Of a stretch of 64,000 nucleotides of DNA, positions 37,212 to 49,915 are shown piece after piece. Every line of letters starts with the position of its first letter. Position 1 is the stretch's first letter. Origin of the DNA: Botryllus schlosseri (Eukaryota); the NCBI GenBank assembly GCA_051294905.1, contig CM119371.1, positions 40,116,001 through 40,180,000 on the forward strand, read 5' to 3'. The translations under genes and the position numbers were made by a program. Under the pieces are notes generated by a model. That model had not been told where the DNA came from. It made no database searches and saw nothing but the letters and a program-made list of their open reading frames with translations.

Positions 37212-39266
37212 CAGGGTTGTAATGACTCGAGTCATGACTCGACTCGAGTCAGACTCGAGTCACGATTTTTTTATGACTCGACTTGACTCGAGTCATTTTC
37301 TTGAAATGGTAAAATGACTCGACTCGACTCCAGTCAATATTTGGATTGACTCGACTTGTACTCGAGTCATTACGCATGACTCGACCCAAGTCATTGACTC
37401 GGCTTATTTTATATGACTTGAAGATGAAGAAATTTGCGAATCATAATGGCTAGATCAACGCATCCGACGAATTCTGCCGACATCGCTATTTGTCGCCACT
37501 GCTTTCGTTGCACTTGTCTGATATCAGATATGCCGCCGTAAAAACAACAGAAAATGATACATAGTAGCAATGCATTGTACAAAATCGTCCAGTGATGAAG
37601 AGGTAATAGATCCTCCGCAATTAAAGTACTCAAGACTTTTCAATTATACAAGCAAACAATTGAATCAAAGTTAAATTAGAGCCAATGAAATGACTCAGAT
37701 GGTGAAGAGACTGATAAGCTCATGTGTAGATTTGAAGGCGATGATTCTTTGCATTTTTCGGCGACTAGAAAGAATGAGTATTAAATGCTCTTCAGTGTGG
37801 TTCAAAAATGCTTGTCAATTCCTGCATCTAGTGCACTAGTGGAGCGTGTATTCAGTAGATGTGGATTCATTCTACGGCCATGCCGCTTTAACATATTTGA
37901 GGATCTCCTTTCCACATTAGTATTTTTGAGGTGTAACTCAGTGATTTGATCTGCTGTCTGTGAAAACACACAATGCCCCTCGTCCATTTGACGTTTTGCT
38001 AGGTATGTGCATTGTGCACGTGAGTAATAATGAATGGCTAATGTTGTGTGATGTTTGTACAATATGGCTGTTCTAAAATAACTTCTTTTTTATTTTACTG
38101 GGTGGTTACTTGATAAAATTGTTATGTTGCATAAAAGGAACACTGAATCTGGCTTAATTTGAAAAAAGTGGAATCAATGATGTGAGAGGAGAATATTTTG
38201 GATTTGAAAATAAATGGATTATTTTAGTGAGAAATTCTTTCATATAATATAATTGCATAGTAGTAAGCCGACTATTTTTTCACATCCAAAACATTCTACT
38301 CTAATAACTTCACTTTTTCTAGTTGGAATTGAGTCAAATTTGCTAGGAATCATATTTTTACACAATGTAACAATATCATGAGATAGCCGGTAAAATTCGA
38401 AAATCTCTATTTGTAATTAGTCTAAAATTTTCTTTCATAGCATTGCTTTCTACTGGTTGGAATTGAGCCAAATTTGATTTTTTAGGCAATCTAGCAATTT
38501 TAAGAAGTAGCCGGAAAATTTGAAAAATTGTTTTTGAACAGCCCCATTGAACAATTATTTCTCCAATGCTGTATATCTGCGATGTAGTCTTTAATGCAAT
38601 TGGGAAAACCTTTAGTATAATCGAAGGGTTTCTGTTCTGTTGTCACTGCACAATGCACATAGTTGCATCCACGCTTTTTCAGCATGCTGGCCTGTTGTAA
38701 ATACCTCTACATAAACATGCATCTATTGATTCTTTATTAACTAGTATCTTGACGTGAATTTGTTGGTTCTCTATCAGATAGTATGTAGACGTGAATTCGT
38801 TGGTTCTCTATCAGCTATTCGTGAGCTATCGTCGATGTGTTCATAGTAAAAACTGAATGCTTGTATTGGTGATGTATCAGACGGACAAGAGAGATATTTG
38901 ATTATAAGTTCTAAGATTAGTAAAGTTATCTTTAGCATCGGTAAATGAGTCCGGGACCTGTCCGTTATCTGCCTAAATAAACACGTGCCAAGACTCTGAT
39001 AGCGACAAAATGAGCATGTTTCGCAAACAAGGAATTCGATATTACCCAAGCAGGATTGAAAACATGAGTTGAACATGACTTCAATACTGTGACTTGGACT
39101 CGACTCGAGTCATAACACCATGACTCGGACTTGACCCTTTGAACGGTGACTTGGACTCGGACTCGAGTCTGTGATGAATTGAAAATGACTCGACTCGACT
39201 CGAGTCAAAACCACAAAAGTATTATTGACTCGTGACTCGGAACCATGTGACTTGGTTACAACCCTG
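37212..39266 (+). mobile_element. Non-autonomous hAT element nested in the Harbinger right subterminus
   Basis: TIR CAGGGTTGTAA; perfect TSD TCGCAGAT (37204-37211, 39267-39274); GACTCGAGTC iterons; relic CLSIPASSALVERVFSRCGFILRP at ~37809-37880 (hAT C-terminal dimerisation domain). Confidence 0.96.
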
Positions 39267-40034
39267 TCGCAGATTAGGCGAAAATCCAGGATGTTTTTAC
39301 TCAGCTTTTTGGCCTCCACCCTAAGTTGCGGGCGCATGAAAATCGAGAGAGACTGATGGTGGAAGAGCGCGTGCATGGAAGTCGTCCGTAATCTGACGAA
39401 AAAGACCGTAAAAGACCGTTGAAATTAATGAAATTGATGTACTGGGCGCAAATGACCTTATAGGCGATAAGCGCCAAAGTTGTGCGAATAAAACAAACTA
39501 TAGTAGCAGTTATCCAGGGTGTCAACGAGCCCCAGGGATTCGCATAGAAAGTTTACGGAGTTCGGCAGGAGTCAAGACACGCATCCAACTCATATGATTA
39601 GCGATGACGCGCCCGTTTAGCCCATCATTGCCTTAGACGCGATCAGTAGTCGAATTGTATCCGTTGCGGTGGCACGCGGTTTGCAATGACGTACACAAGG
39701 AAGACTTGGATTCAGAATTGAAACCGTGTACTTTTGAAATTCCGGCCTATCCCCGATATTTATTGATTCATTTGAAATTTAGCAGTTTGCACCCCGTTGA
39801 TACAAGGCAATTCCCAGGGTCAATCCTCATTAAAGATAGGATTCGTTAGAGATTACAGGATTTGTAGAGATACATATTCATATCTCGGCTTTGACGACCT
39901 CATCTACATCGCAATGACGTATGCGCCATCTGAATATACATTACACGTGACTGAACTTTGTACAGTGTACTCGCCGTTACGTAATACGAATCAAATTATC
40001 ATTCACAAGAAAAAAATCAGATATATATTTGTTT

Positions 40035-40790
40035 TAATAATATTAATAATAATAATATATTAATTTATAGAGCGCCGAATATAACAATATATCATCAGTA
40101 CACTAGGGCGCTCTACATAAAAGGCAATAAAATATAAAAGTAAACGATATGTATAAAAGACGGAGTGCATAGTTGTAGAGCGGAATGAACACTACTGCAG
40201 TTCGAACGCTGGTGTGAATAAAACGGTCTTGATTTTGCGTTTGAAAACATACAGCGAGCCACATAGTCTGATAGAAAATGGAAGATTGTTCCACAGAATG
40301 GTGGCCGAGAAAGAAAAGGTTCTCTCGCCGTAGGTCGATATTCTGACTCTTGGAACTGACAAGAGTTTTTGCGACTGAGAACGTAGCGCTCCTCCGGGAT
40401 TATTCAAGTTTTCAAGTTCGAGTTTATTCATAAAATTTTCATCACTTCAAAACATCACAAGACAGCAATACAATGAATGATAGGAATATGCCAAAACGAC
40501 TAGGAGTAGTCTTAAGATCAGACACCGACCTGGGCCTAGGCGATGTAAAGAGGAGACATGCACACTGAATTGAAGTAAAAGAAGCTAATATAAAGTGGCA
40601 AGTGTCGAAGGGCGAGATCGATATATGTCAGGTCGTGGTCCGGTGAATGGCGAGGGCTGACTAGTATTATAGATTGTCACTAGCTCACGAAGATACGCTG
40701 GTGCACTTTACTCCATGCATTTGAAGACGTAGGCCTACAGAAGAAGCTTGTATTCAAACCTACATTTCACGGGTAACCAATGAACCAGAC
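40035..40790 (-). mobile_element. 3' fragment of an L2/CR1-group LINE with ~270 bp of extra sequence inside; paralogue 58559-59235
   Basis: HWLPVKCR.EYKLLL.VFKCM...APAYLRELV then ALRSQSQKLLSVPRVRISTYGERTFSFSATILWNNLP..FKRKIKTVLF; ggcgctctataaat plus (TAT)n tail. Confidence 0.9.
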
Positions 40791-41339
40791 GCTCCGTGCC
40801 ATTTGGTGGAAAAGGTGAATTGATTTCGGTCGTACAACTCAAGGACCAAATGGACTACTAGTTGCTGATGATTACCACTGGCATGTGCCATCCGTAAATA
40901 TTTTGGATTTACTTAGCTATCTTTATATACTATAAAATTGACGAATGTTTCTGTTTACTACCGCCAAGTTGAAACGAGTCACGGGATATTGGCGTAATTC
41001 TGGTAAAAAAACGTTGCTCCAGTCATAAATTATGCCATATAGCGTTATTGCAGTGTTGAGCTGACAGTTAAATTTACTGCTATTTATCTAGGATTGCCTT
41101 TTACAATGTACAATGTACATATCATGGGCAAGGCAGTGTGCTTAACAGAATTGAACACTGTTTGTGGATAGCGGTCGGACGAATCAGAAATTTTGAAAAA
41201 GCGGCACACCCTCGAATTAAATTGATGTGTAGCAACTGCAGTCAGCAGATAATAACTTGAAATAATGTGTGACTAGAATTTTTTCCAGTTTATACTGCGC
41301 GATCCTATGATAGATACTTGAGTAAGCTCGGAACTTTCT

Positions 41340-42830
41340 GCTTACTTTCCATGGACTACTGCAAACATGGGCACGGTGCGGCCCGCGAAGCTATTCTGTG
41401 CTGCCCGCGAAAGGTTGCTTGGAATTCAAAACTTAGAAGTCGCTTTTTGAATGCCTTATGCAATAGGCTGTATCAACTGAAAAGGAAATTAGTTTACTTT
41501 GAAGCCTATTCCTTAATATATCACGATTACACTGACTGCGTACGTCGCATACGTAATCCAGATTCCGAATAAAGGAAATGTTGGAAAGTATGAGGTACAT
41601 TTGAAGTCACAAGAAATCACTCTTTCCATAAAGTTTACTTCAGGGGTTTAGTTCACCAACCTTTTGGCAACCACAGGCTACTTTTGGGTACTGATGGAAT
41701 CGACGGGCTACCATTTACTCCCGCCGTTTACCCACAATAGCATGAATTTCTGCTTTTATATTGATAGCACTAGGCAGGAAACGCATTGTGATAAGGCTTC
41801 TAAGAAGGTCTCCTAAATCGCAACATCTCATTTCAAATAGCTAGCCACCAATACTTTTTTAGAAATCACGAATTACTTCGCACTATGTTTATATCAATTA
41901 TGCAACAGTCAGCTCAAATTTTAAAATAAATCATGTCTCACCTTAGACTGGACATCATGTTATCTGTTCTTATATCAGTCAGTAGGAGGCCTGGCATTGC
42001 AGGCTAACAACTAGTGCGCTGTATACTCGGGTATGTAACTGGAAACTGCAGCCCCGAGTGAGTGTTCCAGATATCCATTAGTGAGGCGTGTTCTGTGTTT
42101 GTTTCTGATGAAGTTCATGTCCTCAAAGGCTGATTCACAACGATAATTTCAACCCAACACGCCGGCAGCCTTCATAGCCGCTGCGCATTACACTGCAGTA
42201 CTTTTCCGTGTCAACAAGGCCGCATAAGTTTGCTGCAGCCTTGTGGGCTTTGAGCTGGAGGTCATTTTGCGGGGTTACAATTTCAATCTCCAACTGTTCA
42301 CCATCCAGACATAATAGATTTCAATATGCCTGACAGCAGCATGGATTACAGATTTCTCATTTTTGGCCGGAGCCGGTTTGAAGCAGGATCAGCACCTTTT
42401 TTGATACGGCCGAAGTCGGATCGGAGCCGGATCAGTACTTTTTATTAATAACACGACGGCCTCAAAGTCTTACACCCTCGAATGAATAGTTAAAGTAAAA
42501 CTTTCATAGAAATAAACCAATGCTAAATCCAAGTTTGACAAAATAACTTCAGATAAGGGTTGGGTTTGATCTTCGAGTTTTTAATGTCCTGTTTGCATTG
42601 TTTCAATCAATATTTAATACCATCCTGTGAGTAGTTAAAAATATTATCGGAGTTTTTCGGGCCGGATCACGGTCATTTCTAGAATTCTGTCAAGGAGTAG
42701 GACCAGAGCTTTTAAAACCAGAAGCAGAGTTGGACCAGAGAATTTGTCGACCCGCTTCCCACTAATGTCTTCCTGAGATCCTAAGTGGATGTCAAATTTG
42801 AATTAAAAAGTTGTACTCGATTTATACCGC
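41340..42830. mobile_element. Cluster of Buster/Charlie hAT relics, including a transposase C-terminus (42015-42300, -) and a nested MITE (~42340-42765); paralogue ~59820-61250
   Basis: Minus strand NYRCESAFEDMNFIRNKHRTRLTNGYLEHSLGAAVSSYIPEY; gcggcccgc motifs; ccggagccgg iterons. Confidence 0.75.
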
Positions 42831-43207
42831 GGTATAAGTCTGAGATAGGTTCTGGTTGTGACACGATTGTTGATATTTAATGTTTTTACCATTCTCTACT
42901 AGTTGCTGACGATTACCCCAGACGAGTGTCAGCCGAAAATATTCGGGTTCATTTCACTATGAATATAATATTCAATTGTATAGCAGCAGTGCAGAGCAGT
43001 GGTTCCTAACCTTGTCTCCAGCGTCCCTCAAGCGGAAACGCCCAGGGGTTTATATGAGGGGGCTGAGATCAGGGGCACAATATGGGGGACGATAAAGAAA
43101 AATGGCTTCGCAGTAGATGGTGTAGTATTAGGGCACATCCTTAAGGAGTATTCAGAGCAGATTAACAGTCCACAAAATATGTCATATCCTGAAATTTTTG
43201 GTCGCGC

Positions 43208-44463
43208 TATGCGGTTAACCGCAGGTATTTTCACTATCTGATATCCGGATATTTTTCTGCCGGTTAACCGGATAAAAAAGAATCGTTGCTAATGTATTTT
43301 ACACGTTTTAGTAAGCTTCAATAAGTCGTATTCAGTGTTGGCGCGGCCGATTAACGAGAAGCGTGTTGCCAATTAGCGAGATGTGTCTGTACACATTGCA
43401 CAATGTAATGTGACGCGATCTCCTGCTGAGAAGATCGTTAAATTAGGTCATTGATTGCCGCGCGCTCGGCTATCGTCTCTGGCCTGATTTATCGCGTCTT
43501 CAACAAGCCGATAGTTCCACTGGATTGAAGAATCGCATCTGCAATAGGCCATGTGCAGTGTACACACTATTCCACCGCTGGCCTGCACAATCGCATCTTG
43601 ATTGGCTTGGTGCTCACGATATTATCGTTGACCTACACAATCGCATCTGCAATAGGCCTACGAACGATATAATCGCTGGCCTAACCATCTCGGACCCAGC
43701 ATGCATTGGCTCCTATCTCTCCATGGCTTGTTGACGATATGCCGTTAAGTGTATTCTAATTAGTGATTCTGAGAGTGACACCGCGAAACTGAATGACATC
43801 GAATGTTCGCAAAAATGTGCGTGCGTGCAAGCGTAATTGATTTCCGTTGATGATTAATTCGAAAAAAAAAGATCGAAACCCCCTGATTTCATTTCAATCC
43901 CCCTACATTTTCGGCTGGCTGCGTGCCTGATCACGTGAATTAGAGCGAGGTATCATGTCGGCATCAATTCCAGTATCAGCTAGTCGTCTTTCTAGTACTC
44001 CAAACCTAAACATAAGGATGGTCAAAAGGATGTAAAGCCGTTGAAGTTTCCGGCGTACGACCTGCCAACCTTTTGACTCTCTACGAAGCGCTGCTTTCTA
44101 TTCAGCCCACTTCTGTGGAAGCTGAAAAAGCATTCAATGAACGTGGACTCTTTGTTACAAAATTCCGGTCCCGGCTACAGGATCCCACAATTGATGCATC
44201 TGTGCTTTATAGAGAGGGCATTGCAGAAGCAGTGAACATTAAATTTGCGTGGTTTTTCTCGTATTCGCACATACTGCGCGCGTAGGTAGGTACTCTACAA
44301 TAACACTGTGTAATGATTTTGCGATCCGTTTTACATGCAGACCTAATGAAATCGATTGTCTTTTAGCAGTTATTATCCGGTTAACCGGTTAGATAAATTC
44401 CAAAATATCCGGATATATCCGTTATCCGGATAGTGAAAATTATTGATATCCGAACTAACCCTA
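43208..44463 (+). mobile_element. hAT relic with ATCCGG/TAACCGG iterons; right TIR ...CTAACCCTA, left end lost next to a Charlie-like left end at 42997
   Basis: ORF 44073-44285 LYEALLSIQPTSVEAEKAFNERGLFVTKFRSRLQDPTID matches the hAT dimerisation domain. Confidence 0.85.
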
Positions 44464-47400
44464 CTGTGCACGCATATTTTCTGTACCACCATCACTGCCG
44501 TTTGTTATGTATTTTAGTTCGATGAAAATAAAGACTCTCTCTCTGTACACGATTGAAGACGGCGTGACTATCAAATCATGAAACAAACTCACTCAACATA
44601 ATTCATTTCGTGTAAGTCATCGAACGGTACGTACCGTTGTTTGCTTTGTAAATTTTGCAGTATAACAGCTGAGCACAAAGGCCCAAATTGTTCAACAGCG
44701 AATATTCGTAGACAAGTCAAGTATCATTTTACAATAGTACAGTTGCACTCATTGTCGCTCAAAACACCAAGGACAAAAATAAAGTACGTCTCTTCCATTT
44801 CCATTGCATTTCCATATGCATGATATTTGTTCAAATTAGCCCACGAGTTTTGAAGGCCACGCTAATCATTTTTAAGTGTTCGTAAATCAAGCATACAAAT
44901 TCGCGGTAATTTTTGCAAAATGACGATTCAGGTAGTTATTTCCCAGTAACCATATCAACTGCGACTTGATTTTAGATTCAGATGGTAACTTGTTTTATAT
45001 CCATTGGAAATATATATTTCCCATGAGTATAAAATCCTTTTCTTTGGCTAGCTTCGCATATGATCCAATCAGCACCGAGTTACTACTGATTATACAATGT
45101 CGCATACATTGATCTCATTAAACGAGATATATGTTGGCGCAAGTCACCAAGCAATATGATTTGTTTGTTTCCGTTGCTTTCGCAACATTGCGTGGACGTT
45201 GGCGAATTGACATTGTTACATATTTACTGTGAGACAACTTCGAACTTTGTAACGTCGAATTCATGGCGATACAGAGTTCGTAACATAAAACGGCCATGTG
45301 CAAACTTCCATTACAGAATGAAATGTTCACGAATTATTTAAATGCTACGCCGAGCAATACCGTTTGTGCTGGCGATGCGGTTCCCCTCTTAGATCCCTAA
45401 AATTATTCAAATTGTAAATCCAAATAACCCGCAGCCTTTGAAGTTTCTTCGATATCATTAGGGATGGGAAAACAATTACTGAAAATCAAACGGAATATCA
45501 TATTGGAGATAAGTTATAGGATCTTCCCCGGTATTTCAAATTCTCTGTGTATTCAAATAAATTTCTCATTCCAGTAGAGTTTGTTAACACATTTCAGATA
45601 GCGGAATCTCCTCAATGTCAGCGGTAGTGGCAATCTTATTCAGTATTCCGATAAGGCAGTGTACTATCCCGACAGTATCAAAGTATAAATCCTATGATAT
45701 TGTCTGTAAATTAGTGGCTATTAACGTGGTTTTACCGATACTTGGACATTGAATTATATTCAGTTCCTACCAAATAAGATTTCATCTCATGGCTATGGCG
45801 TACCAGTACAGCGGAATGGGCTCGTTTCGCACTACACACTACACAGCTTACCTGTAGCATTTGAAGGAAACCAGAAATGAGGTTAGAATTGAAATATAGC
45901 ATCGGAACAATATACCAACGTAAATATGCATACACCAATGACTTAGTTTTCACATGAATGGTTTAGACGTAAGAAAGTGCGAGGCGGGAATTTTTTTGTA
46001 GATAGCAGGATTTCCCTACAGTCTTTGATAATTAATATGCGTGTTCCTATATATAAAAGTGTAGCGATAAGCGTCACCATCGCCACTACCAGCTCGACAT
46101 GACGTGTTTGGAATTACAACTAAAAAGTCCATATGCATCACCGCCCTAACTGCGATTAGAACTCTGGGCCTAATATCAAAGTCATTCAACTCCTTCATAC
46201 TGACAATTTAACGTACAGAGCCTGCGCATTATGCGCAGTCATTAAATGTAAGATCGGTAGCTGTCACGCAACAAATATTCGTTCTAGGCATTACGACATC
46301 AATATATAATTTGCTAATCATTGGTGAAATATTGCGCCGAGCTACTTTCTTGAAAGTTGACAATTGTACGGTTTCTTGCTGAAATGACTCTGATAACTGA
46401 CTGGCCGTGACCTATCTTCTGATAACTAGCAATTGCATTCGCTGCTGTATATTGATAATTTGTAAAGGCGAAACAAAACACACGCTCTGCAATAATTGGT
46501 TAGCAATCAACAATATCGTAATATGATAGTCGAATAGTTCATCGGTCGCCTCTTCGATCGGTGGCGGACGGTTATTTCTTTACAATCAGCAAACATTCCG
46601 CACTCCAATAAAGCAGAGGAGAGCGACCGAGCATTGATCTCGTATGGACTGCGATATGATACATAATGCTGACCTCATTACTGAGCTAGGCAAGGCTTTA
46701 CGATTTCGCTTCATTTCAGTTCTTTTTGCAAAACCTCATCGACGAGTCAACCATTCGAAATTCTATCAACGAGTGGACCATTCCAAATTTTAAATTCTAT
46801 ATTTAAGTATAAGTTTCGAACGCTTGTTAATCGTCATTGGCAAAGCAATCTATTTCGTTCAGTTGTTGACAAATTAGCCATGAATAGCCAAGAATTACGC
46901 ACCAACTTTTAAATCATAAATCGAGCTCAGCCATAAGAATATATGCTTGACATCGAGTGATATATGGTTTGTTTGTTTCAGTTGACATTCCAAGATACCG
47001 TGGGCTTGCGCGCTGCGTAGCCTACATTGGGTCGCTATAATTTAACTTTGCAGCGTCTTATGCCAAGTCATCTGGAATTCCTAATGCACAACATCGAATT
47101 CGTACTCAAATTAGTACGGTTTTAAAATATTTCAGCTCATGTGAAATCTGTTCGTAGCGGAAAAGTTTGTGTGACTGACTTTGTTCGCCGAACGATTATT
47201 TCATTTCGCTAATAATCAGGAGTTTCGCAATGCTATTCCTGTGTCTGTTTACCTGTCCTCATAAGCTTGCTGTCCTCTCGAAGTTGCCACACCAGAACGA
47301 TTAATATTTGCTTCTGATGAGCGTAAGTAGAAACATTTGGGTATAGAATAGATTGGGAACAATGAATTTATTTTGCTGTACCGAGAAAAGAGGAAAAATG

Positions 47401-47786
47401 AAACGTTCGACCAGCATCCAAATTTTCAAAATACCTTCGTGTGCCACAGCGATGATGGAGTAGGCTACTGATACATGTAATGATACTGTATTAGCAAGAA
47501 ATGTAACGTGAAATGTATCCGAAAATTAGTTGCTGAGAGAAATGCGGGCACGTTGATATAGACATGGCAAATTCGGAACAAATCGTGCGTCAGAGACGTC
47601 GCAAATGAAGCATCTCAGAACAGCGCCAAAACGAAATAAATTGAATACCTTCATGTAACGACACAACCTCCGGTGAAGCAAACAAGTATACCAGTTTCGA
47701 GAGCGGTAATCTATATATAACGAATCGCGCGTTATATTGTACATCATTCCGGTGTATACAAATCACCCATGAATACCAGGTGAATG

Positions 47787-47910
47787 CCTTTTCGAAAAAG
47801 CTAATCAGAGTAGTTGCGTTATATTGTATGATAAAGCTGTTCGTATGGCGCGTTGACACAGAATACGTGGTAAGATAACGCCACTACTCTGATTAGCTTT
47901 TTCGAAAGGG
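47787..47910. repeat. ~125-bp hairpin element (36-bp inverted arms), likely a tiny MITE
   Basis: ccttttcgaaaaagctaatcagagtagttgcgttat / ataacgccactactctgattagctttttcgaaaggg. Confidence 0.85.
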
Positions 47911-47926
47911 TTATATTTACAATATA

Positions 47927-49650
47927 TAGTAGTGGTCTAAAAATCGGTCAACCTAGAAAAATTTCTTAAGAAGACTTGTTATATATTTGTTGGAAAGATA
48001 ATTTTATCAGCATTTCAATCGTATGTTATGACATTTTTTTAACCTTAGGGAAAGAGTTATGACCAAAAACGTGCCAAGGGGTTAAAATTGAAATTAGGGG
48101 AAAAGGTTAACATAAAAATATGAACAAAAGGCTAGGAATTTACGAATTATCTACAAAAAAGCAGGACATAGATGTGAAAGTTATAAATAAAACAGAAATA
48201 TATACCTTTTCAGGGAGTAAGAATGAGCAAGACGTAAAGGGGGGGGGGGGGGGAGGGGTCAGTAGAGTTGTCCTTGTTCATTATAACTTCATTATGTTAT
48301 TGTTTACTTAATATGGTCGGTTTTATTTACCTTGCTTGTTTTTTTTTAAATAATGCATGGTCAAAAAGAAACAGCAATTTGTGTTAAGTGTAGAAAAGGC
48401 TATCGCACTGGTGATTCACTGTGTCATGTTGAAGCTTATTTCTGCGTAAGTGATAGTAACACAAACCCTTTGGACTAGGGGGGTTGCATTTAAAACCAAA
48501 ATCAAATAAAAACAAACATGTTTAAAACAAGGCCCTAATTTAAGAATTTTTTTTTTGAAGCCATGACGTCATGAATATTCAATATGGACGTCACAATGGA
48601 TTGAAATTGACAATTGAAAATATAGGGTAAATATAGCTCCTTTGACGAAATATCTGTACTATGACTGCTGAACCGACTATTTTCAGGATTCCAACCATCC
48701 CATATCGATATACGTCGGCTAAATCGGGTGGTAGGCCTAATTGTCTGTGGGCTCATACACCATGTTTTTGAGAAGTATTTACACAATTATGGCATAATTT
48801 TACAACTTAAAAAAACACGATTTTTCATAAATCTTTTGTTTGAAACACTGTTTAAAACATGTTCTGAACAAAATGTTTTAAAACACCGTTTTTTTTTTAA
48901 TATAACCATCATTTGGACACTATACTTGCCCATGCTTTGAATCTGGATTGTGAAACGCTGGTCGCAAGCTTTGCAGAAAAATAAATAAAATGGCCATATT
49001 ACGTACATCTACACATCATGCCGTAATTCCTTGAACAACCATGCGAGATCCGAGAAACGTTTGTGGTGGCTTTATCAAAACAACTAGAGTTGAATGGTTT
49101 CAAAGTTCATTTGTTCCCTAGTGATGTAGATACAACAGCCGTTCAAGTTGCTTTTGATTCGGTAGGTGGAACACCTGTAACTGTGTACTCCGACGATACT
49201 GATGTCATTTGCTTGCTAGTGCATCATGCTATGCATCGCGACTATCCTGATATCTTCTTAACTAGGCATGTTTCAGTTGTTGCATGATCAGTTAGTGCAA
49301 GTTGATACAAGCCCTAGTTCCAATTAAAAATGGTTGCTGATTTGTTCGTGTTGAAGGTTACAGAGAAAAATGTATGCGTCGATCGAAATTTATTTTATAC
49401 CCCCTAAAGCAGTAAACATATCTCAGAGACCCCAAAACTCGCGCACTTCGAAATTTTTTGTATGCGAGGAAAGATGCTGCCCGCCTGCAATTGTAGACAA
49501 ATTCACGGTATTACCATGGAGAATATATCAAGTATTCTCGGTCCCCCCTCCCCCCAGTGATCCATCGGTACCACATCTCTCCAACTTGTTATTCGCTCAT
49601 GCATTTACGGGCTTCGATACAACTTCAGCAATTCATAAAATCGGCATTTT
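47927..49650 (+). mobile_element. Academ-like DNA transposon relic (left terminus plus XPG/PIN-like transposase fragments)
   Basis: Starts TAGTAGTGGTCTAAAAATCGG; fragments SDVDTTAVQVA...VTVYSDDTDVICLLVHH and LLFAHAFTGFDTTSAIHKIG (family motif HAFTGCDTTS..G.GK); no right TIR found. Confidence 0.65.
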
Positions 49651-49915
49651 GCGTTAGCCGAGAAGATACATCCTGCGATTTCTTATGTAGTCACCTCCGA
49701 TTATCTGTTGAAAGAATGCAATCAACTTCCTCCAACCAAATATACTTGGATATTTACTGACTTTTAGTAATTTTCAGACCTATTCTTTTCGTCTTCTACT
49801 TGAAGTAGTGTTCATGTGTCTTAGAAATTACTACTTCTACTGTTAATTGAGAAAATATAAGGCATTACTTCAGCTACTTGAGTAGCAACGCCGATGACTT
49901 CTACAAACTCTAGTT

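Larger units (their letters stand above)
32352..39321. mobile_element. PIF/Harbinger DNA transposon, full length, two convergent genes
   Basis: Perfect 16-bp TIR GGGTGGAGGCCAAAAA; TAA TSD (32349-32351, 39322-39324); encodes a Myb/SANT protein and a DDE transposase. Confidence 0.97.
32200..39674. mobile_element. Possible ~500-bp solo LTR split by the Harbinger insertion (32200-32351 plus 39325-39674)
   Basis: TG...CA ends with imperfect inverted termini tgtcaccgcagc / gttgcggtggca; internal AATAAA at ~39487; no TSD seen. Confidence 0.35.
25484..43547 (+). repeat. Segmental duplication, copy A
   Basis: 25484-30787 aligns to 51985-58558 and 40115-43547 aligns to 58559-61993, in the same order and orientation. 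Confidence 0.93.

Noticed and set aside
42999..43241. Conserved 80-aa protein (also 61444-61686)
   Set aside because: Identity reflects the recent duplication; the ORF starts in a TIR and spans a junction of two elements.
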